Shown: one piece after another, positions 1-9,295 of the stretch | Layout of the letters: each line of letters starts with the position of its first letter | Numbering within the stretch: the stretch's first letter is position 1 | Assembly (NCBI GenBank): GCA_964371445.1 | Contig: CAYJLK010000002.1 | Location: 43,718-107,717 of the forward strand | DNA: 64,000 bases | Reading direction: 5' to 3' | From: an uncultured Candidatus Saccharibacteria bacterium | GTDB taxonomy: Bacteria > Patescibacteriota > Minisyncoccia > Phycocordibacterales > Phycocordibacteraceae | The notes under the pieces: generated by a model | Told to the model about the DNA's origin: nothing | What the model saw: the letters and a program-made list of their open reading frames with translations, nothing else | Databases searched by the model: none | Program-made: the position numbers and the translations under genes

Positions 1-1011
1 GGCAACGCGGTGAGGCTCAAAGGTAACCGCGGTATAGAAATAGGTGAAGAGTACTACGAAGAAGAAGTAGACCGCGCCATACTGCCACGGATTGGAGAGG
101 AAGGCGGTATACCAAAGCGCCGCGCTTGCCGCAAATGAAATCTGGAATGCTCCAAGCGCTGAGAGCACCATCTGCGGCAAGAGCAGGAGCGAGAGCGCGA
201 AGATGATAGGGATCACGCCCGCCTGCAGGAGGCGGATCGGGAGATAGGTCGCTGCGCCTTGAGAAAGCGCCGCGCCGCGCACCGCACGCGCATAGGCGAT
301 CGGGATCGATCGCTCGGCATCGGAGACGACCACGACCGCATAGATCAGCGCGAGGGCGAGAAGCGTGAATGCGAGATATGCGGGGATATTTGCTGCGGTG
401 GATGCGAAAATCGTCTGTCCCACGCTTGCGGGCACGCTCGAGAGGATACCCGCGAGAATGATCAAGCTCACCCCGTTGCCGATGCCGAATTCGGTCACGA
501 GCTCGCCGAGCCACATAAGGAGCATGGAGCCCGCGGCGACAATCGCGATGTTCGCGATAAGCGCCACCGAGCTCAGATGCGAAATAACGCCCTGACCTTC
601 AAGCAGGAACAGGAATGCGACGCCCTGCAATATCGCGATGGGGATCGTGAAGAGGCGGCTCCAATTAATGAATTTCGCCCGACCGGCCTCCCCTTCCTCA
701 AAATAGGCCTGCTTCACCTGCGGAAAGATGACGGTGCCGAGTTGCATGATGATCGATGCGGTGATGTAGGGGCCGACGCCGAGCATCATGATCGAGAGAC
801 TGGAGAGTCCGCCGCCCGAAAAGATATTCAAAAGGCCGAAGAATTGATTATTTGCAAAAAAAGCGGCAAGCGCGGCGCGGTCAACACCCGGGATCGGGAT
901 TGACGCGAGAAGACGGAAGAGTACCAGCGCGCCGACGAGGAAGAGGATACGGAAACGTATTTCGGAATCGCCGAAGGCAAGCTTGAGTTTGTGAAAAAAA
1001 GAATTAATCAT
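1..1011 (-). CDS. secY: preprotein translocase SecY, N-terminal part; gene continues beyond window start
   Basis: Minus-strand frame from 1011 reads MINSFFHKLKLAFGDSEIRFRILFLVGALVLFRLLASIPIPGVD, a typical SecY N-terminus. The start overlaps the L15 stop, as usual for the spc operon. No in-window stop, so absent from the ORF track. Confidence 0.85.
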   Translation of the reverse strand, partial: MINSFFHKLKLAFGDSEIRFRILFLVGALVLFRLLASIPIPGVDRAALAAFFANNQFFGLLNIFSGGGLSSLSIMMLGVGPYITASIIMQLGTVIFPQVKQAYFEEGEAGRAKFINWSRLFTIPIAILQGVAFLFLLEGQGVISHLSSVALIANIAIVAAGSMLLMWLGELVTEFGIGNGVSLIILAGILSSVPASVGQTIFASTAANIPAYLAFTLLALALIYAVVVVSDAERSIPIAYARAVRGAALSQGAATYLPIRLLQAGVIPIIFALSLLLLPQMVLSALGAFQISFAASAALWYTAFLSNPWQYGAVYFFFVVLFTYFYTAVTFEPHRVA

Positions 1012-1456
1012 GGATAGTCCCGCCGGCCTTCGTGATTGCGGCGAGTGCCGGAGCAGAGAGCGTGCATCCTTTGACGACGAGCGCCTTGGTAATCTCTCCG
1101 GTTCCGAGGATCTTCACCACCGGCGCGCGACCCTTGGCGCGACGGACGAGTCCGCGTGCGAGAAGCGAGGCGGGAGACACGGTCTCACCGGCCTTGTAGT
1201 TCAGGTCGAGTGCGGAGAGGTTCACCGCGGAGAGCGCGATGCGATTCGTCCGGACGCTTCGCGCGCGGTTCTTGCCGTGGCCGCGGCGCTTTGGGAGCTT
1301 CTTGATAAGGTCGCGGACTTCCGGACGGATCTTGTGCCCGGCGCGGGCGGTCTGCCCCTTGCCGCCGCGCCCGGAAGTCTTGCCGCGTTTGCCGCCGCGC
1401 CCGACCGGCGGGTTTTTCTTATTCTTCGTTCGCGGAGAAAATGAGTGGAGTTGCAT
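1004..1456 (-). CDS. rplO: 50S ribosomal protein L15
   Basis: 150 aa with a Gly/Arg/Lys-rich N-term (GRGGKRGKTSGRGGKG) typical of L15. Position is between S5 and secY. Confidence 0.9.
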   Translation of the reverse strand: MQLHSFSPRTKNKKNPPVGRGGKRGKTSGRGGKGQTARAGHKIRPEVRDLIKKLPKRRGHGKNRARSVRTNRIALSAVNLSALDLNYKAGETVSPASLLARGLVRRAKGRAPVVKILGTGEITKALVVKGCTLSAPALAAITKAGGTIHD

Positions 1457-1466
1457 ACGGAAATGA

Positions 1467-2093
1467 TTACGCGGTGCGTAATTTCTTGAGGGCGGCGACC
1501 GTCGCGCGCGCCATCGTGAGTTTATTCTTGGAACGGCTATGGATCTTGGTCACCACATCGGTCACGCCCGCAAGATCGAGTACTGTGCGCACCGCCGAAC
1601 CGGCGACGAGACCGCGACCTTTTGAAGGGATGATTTCAACCGTAGATGAAGAGTACTTCATGGACACTTGGTGCGGAATAGAACCTGAAGCCGTGCGAGG
1701 TACGGTAAAGAGATGTTTCTTCGCATCGCGCGTCGCCTTATCAATCGCGAGCGCCGTATCGACACCTTTTCCAAGGCCGACACCGACGCGGCCCTTCTTG
1801 TCGCCAATGACGACAACGAGACTGAAGTTGAAGCGGCGACCGCCCGCCATAACGCGCGCCACGCGGCGGGCATCAATCGTGACTTGTTCGAACTCGCCGC
1901 GCTCGCGCGGCGGGCGACCGCCGCGGCCGCCAGCGCGCGGTGCGCGACCGCGCATCGTGCTGCGACCACCAGTGCGCGAAGCAACGGGAGTCGACACAAC
2001 CTCAGCAGGAGTCGTCTCCGCCACAGTCTCGACAACCGCCTCTGGTGCGGCTTCAACTTCCTGTATGATTTCTGGTTCCATCGGAGTTGTCAT
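1467..2093 (-). CDS. rpsE: 30S ribosomal protein S5
   Basis: 208 aa with S5 motifs (VVVIGDKKGRVGVGLGK, GSGIPHQV) and an acidic/Ala-rich N-terminal extension. Only 10 nt separate it from L15, leaving no room for L30. Confidence 0.9.
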   Translation of the reverse strand: MTTPMEPEIIQEVEAAPEAVVETVAETTPAEVVSTPVASRTGGRSTMRGRAPRAGGRGGRPPRERGEFEQVTIDARRVARVMAGGRRFNFSLVVVIGDKKGRVGVGLGKGVDTALAIDKATRDAKKHLFTVPRTASGSIPHQVSMKYSSSTVEIIPSKGRGLVAGSAVRTVLDLAGVTDVVTKIHSRSKNKLTMARATVAALKKLRTA

Positions 2094-2098
2094 AAGTA

Positions 2099-2449
2099 TT
2101 AAAAAGCGAGACCGCCCTCCCGTGCCGCGTCCGCAAGCACCTTGACTTGTCCGCCGTAACGAAAGCCTCCACGATCGAAGACAACCGTCGTGATGCCTGC
2201 GGCCACAGCCTTCTTCGCGATAGCAGAACCGACTGACGCCGCCTGCACCGACTGAGAGCCCTTAAATTCGCGGCCGTGCGATGCGACGAGTGTCTTCCCT
2301 ACCGTATCGTCGATAAGTTGTGCCGAGACGAACCGATTGCTTCGGTAGACGGCGAGTCGCGGCCGCGCCGCAGTACCCGAGATCGTCGCGCGCACGCGCG
2401 CATGGCGGCGCTTGCGGAGTTCACTCGTGCTGGTAGGTTTGTGGTTCAT
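2099..2449 (-). CDS. rplR: 50S ribosomal protein L18
   Basis: 116 aa with typical L18 sequence ([18 protein letters not shown]...[21 protein letters not shown]). Confidence 0.9.
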   Translation of the reverse strand: MNHKPTSTSELRKRRHARVRATISGTAARPRLAVYRSNRFVSAQLIDDTVGKTLVASHGREFKGSQSVQAASVGSAIAKKAVAAGITTVVFDRGGFRYGGQVKVLADAAREGGLAF

Positions 2450-2455
2450 ATGAGA

Positions 2456-2986
2456 TTAGACGGCCTTCTTGCCCTGCTTACGGCGGATGACCTCGCCCTC
2501 GTAGCGAATACCCTTCCCGAGGTACGGCTCCGGCGGCTTCACGCGACGAATGTTCGCGGCGAACTGTCCGACTGATTCCTTATTGACGCTCTCGAGCTTC
2601 ATAGTGTTCTTCTCTGACGTCGCCGTGATATCTTCTGGTATCGAAAGCGGCACTGTGTGTGAAAAGCCGACCGTGAGAACGACCTCCTTTCCTTTTACCT
2701 CCATCTTGTAGCCGACGCCATCAAGAATAAGTTTCTTCATATACGGCGTCTCGACACCCTGAACCATATTCTTCACATGCGAGGCGAAGGTGCCGGTGAG
2801 CGCCTTTGCGAGACGTGAACGATCCTTGGGCGTGACCATCACGCCTTCCGGGCTGACGACGATCTCAACCGACGGATGCACGCGCTTCGTGAGCGTCCCT
2901 TTCGTCCCTTTCACCGTGAGCACGCCGCCCGACACGGAGACATCGGTCTTTCCTACTGAAATTGGCTTTTTTGCGAGGCGGGACAT
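2456..2986 (-). CDS. rplF: 50S ribosomal protein L6
   Basis: 176 aa starting MSRLAKKPISV...GKGIRYEGEVIRRKQGK; operon position. Confidence 0.9.
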   Translation of the reverse strand: MSRLAKKPISVGKTDVSVSGGVLTVKGTKGTLTKRVHPSVEIVVSPEGVMVTPKDRSRLAKALTGTFASHVKNMVQGVETPYMKKLILDGVGYKMEVKGKEVVLTVGFSHTVPLSIPEDITATSEKNTMKLESVNKESVGQFAANIRRVKPPEPYLGKGIRYEGEVIRRKQGKKAV

Positions 2987-3015
2987 ACGTGAATTATGTA
3001 GTGAGTGTCGTCGAG

Positions 3016-3420
3016 TTACCAGATTTCGAAAAGATTCTCGCCGCCGGTGCGATTCTTCCGCGCCTCGGTGTCTGAGATGACGCCGAGCGAAGAAGAGATG
3101 AGGCGCGCGCCCGTGCCTCCCTTTACCTTGTGCGCATCGGTGTGCGGCACATAGAGCCGGCGGCCCGGCTTGCTGATGCGCTTCACGCCGCGTAGTCGCG
3201 CGACGCCGCGTTCGTCGTAGGCAAGGCTGACCACGATTTCTTTTTTTACCTCGCTCTCTCCCTTCGCCTTCGCTTCAACCCGCGTTATGAAACCGAGATC
3301 CTTAAGCTTCTGCGCGATGGAGAGCAGGTGCTCCGAGTACGGTACCGATACCTCGGCCTTTTTGATGGCTGCGGCATTCTGCAGACGGATAATGAAATCG
3401 CCGACGCGGTCAGTTACCAT
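3016..3420 (-). CDS. rpsH: 30S ribosomal protein S8
   Basis: Trimmed to the internal Met ([17 protein letters not shown]...) at 3420, which overlaps the S14 stop by 7 nt. The ORF-track upstream extension would otherwise overlap S14. Confidence 0.85.
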   Translation of the reverse strand: MVTDRVGDFIIRLQNAAAIKKAEVSVPYSEHLLSIAQKLKDLGFITRVEAKAKGESEVKKEIVVSLAYDERGVARLRGVKRISKPGRRLYVPHTDAHKVKGGTGARLISSSLGVISDTEARKNRTGGENLFEIW

Positions 3421-3683
3421 GATGCTTTCTTTACGCCGGGGATCTTCCCCTCCCGCGCGAGCTCGCGGAACTGGATCCGAGAGAGACCGAAAACGCGCAT
3501 ATAGCCGCGAGAGCGGCCGGTAATCGCGCAACGGTTCTTGAGCCGGACCGGCGAGGAGTTCTTTGGGAGCTTCTGCAGGCCTTCAGAATCACCGGCCAAC
3601 TTCAAAGCAGCACGCTTGACCGCGTACTTCTTGACTAGTTTTACCTTTTTGGCATACCGCGCCAGTTGTGATTTCTTAGCCAT
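3414..3683 (-). CDS. rpsN: 30S ribosomal protein S14
   Basis: 89 aa, [20 protein letters not shown]...; operon position between L5 and S8. Confidence 0.85.
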   Translation of the reverse strand: MAKKSQLARYAKKVKLVKKYAVKRAALKLAGDSEGLQKLPKNSSPVRLKNRCAITGRSRGYMRVFGLSRIQFRELAREGKIPGVKKASW

Positions 3684-3722
3684 GAGAAAAAATAAAGCTC
3701 CGAAGAGCGTATACGTACGATA

Positions 3723-4280
3723 TCACTTGGATACCTTAGAGTCAACGATGAGCGGGAAACCGAGGTGACGGAAGAAGGCCTCGGCCTCGGCCTTCGTTTT
3801 AGCGGTCGTGACGACGGTAATGGCGAGACCAAAGACGTCTTTGAGATCCTCATCGGAGGTTTCGGGGAATATCGTGTTTTCCTTGATGCCCACCGTCATA
3901 TTCCCCATATCGTCGATCGCCGTCGCCTTGAGTCCGCGGAAGTCGCGGGTGCGCGGGAGCGCGATATGGATAAGCTTGTCGAGAAAATCGTACATCCGCG
4001 TCCCCCTAAGGGTGACTTGGAGGCCGACCGTGTCGCCCTCGCGCACTTTAAAGGAGGCAATGGAGAGCTTCGCGGCGCGCGGAGCTGCCTTCTGCCCCGT
4101 GATCTTGGCGAGCCGATCGGAGATGAGCTCGATCTGCTTCTTGTCGCGCTTCTTCCCGACACCGGAGGAGACGATGACCTTCTCTACGCGCGGACCCTGC
4201 ATCGGGCTCGTGTAGCCGAAGAGTTCCGCGAGCGCGAGGTAGGCAGACTGTTGACGCTGTTTGGTAATAGACATATGCAA
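3723..4280 (-). CDS. rplE: 50S ribosomal protein L5
   Basis: 185 aa with L5 motifs (GVGKKRDKKQIELISDRLAKITGQKA, IALPRTRDFRG). Confidence 0.9.
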   Translation of the reverse strand: MHMSITKQRQQSAYLALAELFGYTSPMQGPRVEKVIVSSGVGKKRDKKQIELISDRLAKITGQKAAPRAAKLSIASFKVREGDTVGLQVTLRGTRMYDFLDKLIHIALPRTRDFRGLKATAIDDMGNMTVGIKENTIFPETSDEDLKDVFGLAITVVTTAKTKAEAEAFFRHLGFPLIVDSKVSK

Positions 4281-4547
4281 TTATTTACTCTTGCTCTTGA
4301 CCGGCGCATCGAGTGCGGACACAATCTTCCCCGACGACACGATCTGTACGTTCGATGCGTCGATCGCCCGCGGACGCTCGATGATACGACCGACCTTACC
4401 GGCACTACCTTTCATATGGCGCTTATAGAGTGCGACGCCTTCGACGACGACCGTATTCTCGCGCGGGAACGCGCGCACAACAACGCCGGACGTGCCTTTG
4501 TCCTTGCCGGCGATTACTTTGACCTTGTCTCCTTTTTTAACATGCAT
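4281..4547 (-). CDS. rplX: 50S ribosomal protein L24
   Basis: Trimmed to the internal Met MHVKKGDKVKVIAGKDKG... (KOW motif). The longer ORF-track start would overlap L14. Confidence 0.85.
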   Translation of the reverse strand: MHVKKGDKVKVIAGKDKGTSGVVVRAFPRENTVVVEGVALYKRHMKGSAGKVGRIIERPRAIDASNVQIVSSGKIVSALDAPVKSKSK

Positions 4548-4557
4548 AGATAATGTA

Positions 4558-4935
4558 TTACACGACTTCTGGCGCAAGCGACACGATATTGTGCCAGCCT
4601 CGCTCGGAGAGTTCGCGCGGCACCGGACCGAAGATGCGGTTCCCTTTCGGACCCATCTCCTTACCCTGCTTCTCGATGAGCACGACCGCATTCTCGTCAA
4701 AACGGATATACGAGCCGTCCTTGCGACCAAAGGGCTTCACTTGCCGCACAACGACCGCACGGAAGATGTCCTTCTTCTTCACGGCCTTTCTCGGCGCGGC
4801 GGTCTGGATGGACACGACGACCACGTCCCCGATGCCCGCATAACGGCGCTTGCTGCCGCCGAGCACTTTGAAGATTCTCGCGACTTGTCCGCCGGAGTTG
4901 TCCGCTACTGTAACGATGGATTGAGGTTGCAACAT
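4558..4935 (-). CDS. rplN: 50S ribosomal protein L14
   Basis: 125 aa, MLQPQSIVTVADNSGGQVARIFKVLGGSKRRYAGIGD... matches L14. Confidence 0.92.
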   Translation of the reverse strand: MLQPQSIVTVADNSGGQVARIFKVLGGSKRRYAGIGDVVVVSIQTAAPRKAVKKKDIFRAVVVRQVKPFGRKDGSYIRFDENAVVLIEKQGKEMGPKGNRIFGPVPRELSERGWHNIVSLAPEVV

Positions 4936-4936
4936 A

Positions 4937-5206
4937 TTAGTTTTTCTCCGCCGAGACGGTCTTCGTCGGATCGATAGCGAAACGCTTCAGTTTCGAGATC
5001 GGGCGGGTCGCGACGATCGTCACCGTGTCTCCCACCTGCACCGTATTCCCCGGATCGTGTGCGAGATACTTCTTCGAGCGCACAAAATACTTCTTGTACT
5101 TTGCGTTCTTCACATACCGATCGACCTTGACCGTGGCTGTGTCCTTCATTGCCGTCTTTACGACGACGCCGACGAATGATTGGGGACGAATGATTTTTGT
5201 TTCCAT
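4937..5206 (-). CDS. rpsQ: 30S ribosomal protein S17
   Basis: 89 aa with the typical S17 core (GVVVKTAMKDTATVKVDRYVKNAKYKKY). Confidence 0.9.
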   Translation of the reverse strand: METKIIRPQSFVGVVVKTAMKDTATVKVDRYVKNAKYKKYFVRSKKYLAHDPGNTVQVGDTVTIVATRPISKLKRFAIDPTKTVSAEKN

Positions 5207-5211
5207 ATGAT

Positions 5212-5418
5212 TTATGCGGTCGCGACCTTACGAGAGCGCGCGTGTTGTTCTGTGAGCACACGAGCGATGTTCTTGCGAAGTTTCCTCGGCGCATTCGACT
5301 CTTTCGCGCGCGCGCCAGCGGCCGAAAAGCGCTCCGTGCGAAGTTCAGCGCGCGTATCGGTCAGGATCTTCATAAGCTCCTGGTCAGTCTTGGTCGTCAT
5401 GTGTTCTTTTTTTGTCAT
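5212..5418 (-). CDS. rpmC: 50S ribosomal protein L29
   Basis: 68 aa, KTDQELMKILTDTRAELRTERFSAAGARAKESN; position between L16 and S17. Confidence 0.85.
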   Translation of the reverse strand: MTKKEHMTTKTDQELMKILTDTRAELRTERFSAAGARAKESNAPRKLRKNIARVLTEQHARSRKVATA

Positions 5419-5441
5419 ACAAGTAGGGGAAAAGCAATGAA

Positions 5442-5864
5442 TTAGTGGCGCGTGACAATCGTCGTCTTGACCGGCAATTTCATGCCCGCTTGCCGCATGT
5501 GTGCGCGCGCGACAGTTTCGGGAACGCCGTCCATCTCGAAAAGAATCCTTCCGGGGCGCACCTGAAAGACGTAGTGCTTCGGATCGCCCTTACCGCTGCC
5601 CATGCCCACTTCCGCAGGCTTCGCCGTCACCGGACGATCCGGGAAAATGCGGATCCAGAGCTTGCCGGTCTTCGCGGTGGCGCGCGTCAGCACCTTGCGT
5701 GCCGCCTCGATCTGATTGCTCGTGATGCGCGCAGGCGTGAGCGCCTTCAGCCCGAACGAGCCGAAGGCAATCGTGACCCCGCGCGTATCGGGACGATGCA
5801 GGTTCTTCTCGGAGAGACGTTGGGTCTGCCACTTGCGGTGTTTTACTTTTTTAGGAAACAACAT
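5442..5864 (-). CDS. rplP: 50S ribosomal protein L16
   Basis: 140 aa, [42 protein letters not shown]... Confidence 0.9.
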   Translation of the reverse strand: MLFPKKVKHRKWQTQRLSEKNLHRPDTRGVTIAFGSFGLKALTPARITSNQIEAARKVLTRATAKTGKLWIRIFPDRPVTAKPAEVGMGSGKGDPKHYVFQVRPGRILFEMDGVPETVARAHMRQAGMKLPVKTTIVTRH

Positions 5865-5873
5865 ACTGAAATA

Positions 5874-6602
5874 TTAGCCCTGCCTGCCGTCAGGGAGGCG
5901 CGGGGCGCTTTCCGGCATCGCTACCCTCGTCTTCTTATCCTGGTACACGTTGCCGCGATAGATCCAGACCTTGATGCCGATAACGCCGTACGGCAGATAC
6001 GCCTGCTCATGGGCGAAATCAATATCGGCACGGAATGTCTGAAGCGGAATGCGACCTTTCTTCAACTCCTCCTTGCGGCTCATCTCGGCGCCGCCAAGAC
6101 GACCCGACAGCGCGATGCGTACGCCTTCGACCTCGCGTACGGCGATGACCTTCTCGATCGTCTGCTTCAGCACGCGGCGAAACGGCATGCGCTTCTCCAG
6201 GCCCTCGGCAATCATGAAAGCGACAACTGCGGCATCCGTCTCCGGCTGGCGCACTTCGACAATGTCGAATTTCACCAGTTTACCGGCTGGGAGGGCGTGT
6301 CCAGAAGCCTTACGGACGACATCGGTCAGTTCGGTGCGCAGCTTGGTTGCATTCTCGCCGGAACGACCTATCACGAGACCCGGGCGGGCAGTCGAGAGGA
6401 TAACGCGCAGCTCGTTCGCCGAGCGCTCGATCTCGATGCCGCTCGTGTAGGTGCCGCGCAAACGCTTGCTGAGGAAGCGGCGAATCATCTCATCAACCTT
6501 GATGTTCTCGCGGTAGCTCTTCTTGTCGGTCGTGAACCAACGGCTCTTCCAATCTCGGATGATGCCGAGGCGATGAGCGTAAGGATGTACGGTGTGTGTC
6601 AT
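5874..6602 (-). CDS. rpsC: 30S ribosomal protein S3
   Basis: 242 aa with a KH domain (GIIRDWKSRWF) and a Pro-rich C-terminal tail. Confidence 0.9.
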   Translation of the reverse strand: MTHTVHPYAHRLGIIRDWKSRWFTTDKKSYRENIKVDEMIRRFLSKRLRGTYTSGIEIERSANELRVILSTARPGLVIGRSGENATKLRTELTDVVRKASGHALPAGKLVKFDIVEVRQPETDAAVVAFMIAEGLEKRMPFRRVLKQTIEKVIAVREVEGVRIALSGRLGGAEMSRKEELKKGRIPLQTFRADIDFAHEQAYLPYGVIGIKVWIYRGNVYQDKKTRVAMPESAPRLPDGRQG

Positions 6603-6608
6603 ATAAAT

Positions 6609-6929
6609 TTATGCGAGAGTCACCTTCACCCGACTCTTGCGCCGGCGGATGGCCGAAGCGCGACCGAATGCGCGCGGCATATACTTCTTCAGCATGCCGG
6701 CGCTCTCGACGATGATCGACTGCACCGTAAGCGTCTCGACATTCTGACCCTGACCTTCTGCATTTGCGGCAGCGCTCTTGATGAGTTTCGCGATAGGCTC
6801 TGCGGCGCGGCGCGGCAAAAACTCGAGCGCAGCGAGCGCATCCTTCACCTTCTTTCCTTTCATGAGGTCAGCCACAAGGCGGACCTTGCGGGGCGTCTGA
6901 TTATAGCTCTCGAGGATTGCGCGTGCCAT
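6609..6929 (-). CDS. rplV: 50S ribosomal protein L22
   Basis: 106 aa, MARAILESYNQTPRKVRLVADLMKGKKVKDALAALEF... Confidence 0.9.
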   Translation of the reverse strand: MARAILESYNQTPRKVRLVADLMKGKKVKDALAALEFLPRRAAEPIAKLIKSAAANAEGQGQNVETLTVQSIIVESAGMLKKYMPRAFGRASAIRRRKSRVKVTLA

Positions 6930-6932
6930 ATA

Positions 6933-7280
6933 TTATTTCTTAGCCGCCGGCGCCGGAGATTCCTTCGCCGATTTCGCAGAAGCAATTTCCGCCTGCTGCT
7001 TCTTCATCTCCATATCCTTCTGCATCTTGCCGCCGTGGCGGAGGAATTTCTTTGTCGGCGAGAACTCACCGAGGCGATGTCCTACCATTTCCTCGGAAAC
7101 GAGAACTTCGAGGTGGGACTTCCCGTTATGGACGCCCAGAGTAAAACCGATCATTTCCGGGCTTATCTGGCTCCGGCGCGCCCACGTGTTTATCACCCCG
7201 GCCGTTGCTGGTTTCTTATCGACGAGCTTCTTCAGGAGCTTTGCATCCACGAAGGGCCCTTTCTTAAGTGAGCGTGCCAT
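6933..7280 (-). CDS. rpsS: 30S ribosomal protein S19 with Lys/Ala-rich C-terminal extension
   Basis: 115 aa versus about 92 typical. S19 core ([29 protein letters not shown]) followed by a [23 protein letters not shown] tail. Confidence 0.9.
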   Translation of the reverse strand: MARSLKKGPFVDAKLLKKLVDKKPATAGVINTWARRSQISPEMIGFTLGVHNGKSHLEVLVSEEMVGHRLGEFSPTKKFLRHGGKMQKDMEMKKQQAEIASAKSAKESPAPAAKK

Positions 7281-7344
7281 AAGTAATTAAAAACCCGCGT
7301 GGCGGGATATCCCCAAGATACAGCAATTGTAGGTCATGGTCAAA

Positions 7345-8193
7345 TTAACCCTTACGCTTCTTGCCGACCTTGCGGCGGGAGACGATAAAGACGTTTGAGT
7401 ACTTCTTCGGCGTGCGGGTCTTCTGACCCTTGCCGGTGGGCTTGCCCCACTTGCTCTTCGCCCTGCGGAGCCCGCGCCCCTGCTTACCTTCGCCGCCGCC
7501 ATGCGGATGATCGACCGGATTCATCGCGGTGCCGCGCACCGTCGGGCGGATGCCCATCCAGCGCGAACGGCCGGCCTTTCCGATGACGACGAGATTGTAT
7601 TCTTCGTTGCCGACCGCGCCGATAGACGCCCACGAGAGGTCAGAGACCTTACGGATCTCGGTCGACGGGAGCTTTATCTGCGCATAGCCCGCATCGTGTG
7701 CGACCACCTCGGCATAGTTGCCGGCAGAGCGGACGAGGGAGGCACCCGAAAGCGGAGAAATCTCAATGTTGTAGACGAAGGTGCCGACGGGGATCTTGCC
7801 CAAGGGGAGACGATTGCCCGCGATGAGCGGCGCATTTTCGGAAACGACGAAGGCCGATCCGACTTTAACCTCCTTCGGGAGAATGACGTAGCGGCGCGCG
7901 CCATCGGCATAGAGCGCGAGCCCGATGAAGGCGCTGCGGAACGGGTCGTATTCGACCGTCTCGATTACCGCCGGAATATCCTTCTTATCGTACTTGAAAT
8001 CGACATCGCGGAACCGCTTCTTATGACCACCTCCCTGGTGGCGCGTCGTGATACGGCCGAATGCGTTCCTGCCGCCCTGACTTCCCTTCTTCTTCAGAAG
8101 GGGCTTGTGCGGCGCATGACCTGAAAGAAGCTCCTTGAACGGGAGGGTGGTCATGTGGCGGCGACTCTTGGATGTGGGCTTGTAGGTTTTCAT
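7345..8193 (-). CDS. rplB: 50S ribosomal protein L2
   Basis: 282 aa with L2 motifs (HPHGGGEGK, MNPVDHPHGGGEGK). Confidence 0.92.
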   Translation of the reverse strand: MKTYKPTSKSRRHMTTLPFKELLSGHAPHKPLLKKKGSQGGRNAFGRITTRHQGGGHKKRFRDVDFKYDKKDIPAVIETVEYDPFRSAFIGLALYADGARRYVILPKEVKVGSAFVVSENAPLIAGNRLPLGKIPVGTFVYNIEISPLSGASLVRSAGNYAEVVAHDAGYAQIKLPSTEIRKVSDLSWASIGAVGNEEYNLVVIGKAGRSRWMGIRPTVRGTAMNPVDHPHGGGEGKQGRGLRRAKSKWGKPTGKGQKTRTPKKYSNVFIVSRRKVGKKRKG

Positions 8194-8199
8194 AATAGT

Positions 8200-8571
8200 T
8201 TATGCGAACTGGATACTGTCCCCGGCATTCAGGTAGACATAGGCCTTCGAGCGCGCAGCGCGCGTGCCGGTACCGCGCTTGGTACGCATCATCTTTCGCT
8301 TCGCAGGGAGATGCACGATACGAATCTTGCGCGGGGCCACGTTGTAAATCTCCTTGATGGCGGATGCGATCGAGGCTTTCGTCGCGCGCGGAGTGATCTC
8401 AAAGGCATACACGCCCTTCTCGGTAGCGATGAGCGCCTTTTCAGAGAACCACGGTGCGCGAATAATCTCGTGGGCTACTCCGCTCTCTAGCTTCGCCGTG
8501 CGGGCGCGGCGCTTCACGACGACCTTTGCCTTCTTCTCTTTCTTAGTCTTGCTGGTGCCAAAAAGTGCCAT
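8200..8571 (-). CDS. rplW: 50S ribosomal protein L23 with Lys-rich N-terminal extension
   Basis: 123 aa. The N-term MALFGTSKTKKEKKAKVVVKRRARTAK precedes the L23 core (VIRAPWFSEKA...KIRIVHLPAKRK). Confidence 0.85.
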   Translation of the reverse strand: MALFGTSKTKKEKKAKVVVKRRARTAKLESGVAHEIIRAPWFSEKALIATEKGVYAFEITPRATKASIASAIKEIYNVAPRKIRIVHLPAKRKMMRTKRGTGTRAARSKAYVYLNAGDSIQFA

Positions 8572-8577
8572 GATAAT

Positions 8578-9285
8578 TTATTTAGCTTTCGCGCGGGCGA
8601 GAAGCGCCTTAAACGCCTCCTCCGGCTTCTCGATGATGAGATACTTGTGCGCCATTACATCGACCGGATTCAGGTTGCGCAACTCTTCGGTCATCATGTT
8701 GCCGAAGTTGCTGAAGCTCTTTATCACGTTCGCGTCATAGGCAGCCATCGCGAGAAGCGCAGCATTCTTCGACTTCGTCGCGAGCTTTTCCGCACCCGCG
8801 CCCTTCGCGAGACCGACAATTGCCGCCTTGGCTGCCCTGGTCTTCGGCGCTGAAAAAGCAAACGAGTCGACGAGGATAATCTCGCCGTCCTTGGCCTTCC
8901 GAGAAAGGACCGAGAGGAGCGCGCCGATGCGCATCTTGCGATTGATCTTCTCGCTGTAATTTCGCTCGCTGCGCGGACCAAACGTGATACCGCCGTGGCG
9001 CCAGATCGGCGAGCGGGTCGAGCTATGGCGCGCCTGGCCGGTGCCCTTTTGTTTCCACGGCTTCTTGCCGCCACCCGAGACTTCGGAGCGGTCCTTGGTA
9101 TGGGCACGATTCTGGCGCAGGTTCGCCTGCATCGCAGTCGTGACCTGGTGGACAAGATCGACACGCCACGGTTGGCCGAACAGGCTCTCGGGAAGCGCCA
9201 TGACACCGACTTTTTCGCCGGCCATAGAGAATATCGGTGCCTCAATCGGCACGTATTCTTTTTTCATTTTTTTAGTGACAGTCAT
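8578..9285 (-). CDS. rplD: 50S ribosomal protein L4
   Basis: Trimmed to the internal Met (MTVTKKMKKEYVPIEAPIFSMAGEKVGVMALPESLFG...) so that it does not overlap L3. L4 motifs present (GGGKKPWKQKGTGQARHSS). Confidence 0.85.
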   Translation of the reverse strand: MTVTKKMKKEYVPIEAPIFSMAGEKVGVMALPESLFGQPWRVDLVHQVTTAMQANLRQNRAHTKDRSEVSGGGKKPWKQKGTGQARHSSTRSPIWRHGGITFGPRSERNYSEKINRKMRIGALLSVLSRKAKDGEIILVDSFAFSAPKTRAAKAAIVGLAKGAGAEKLATKSKNAALLAMAAYDANVIKSFSNFGNMMTEELRNLNPVDVMAHKYLIIEKPEEAFKALLARAKAK

Positions 9286-9295
9286 GGTATTCAAA

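Noticed and set aside
17-903. ORFs 17-514(-), 259-903(+) and 365-595(+) at the window start
   Set aside because: The region is occupied by secY on the minus strand in another frame, with a clear MINSFFHKLKLAFGDSEIRFRILFLVGALVLF N-terminus. The listed ORFs are frame artefacts.
5445-7271. 608-aa ORF on the + strand, plus similar long ORFs at 11150-12154(+), 24091-25575(+), 8984-9961(+), 3765-4553(+), 42341-43351(+), 40239-41135(+), 21442-22440(+), 52345-53292(-), 50542-51213(-), 43452-44180(-), 44247-44900(-), 37588-38241(-) and 46024-46415
   Set aside because: All lie antisense to well-identified genes (ribosomal proteins, tuf, uvrD, recJ, pgk, pilB, nusA, clpP, rarA). Their translations are Arg/Ala/Pro-rich low-complexity, typical of stop-codon-poor antisense frames in high-GC DNA.
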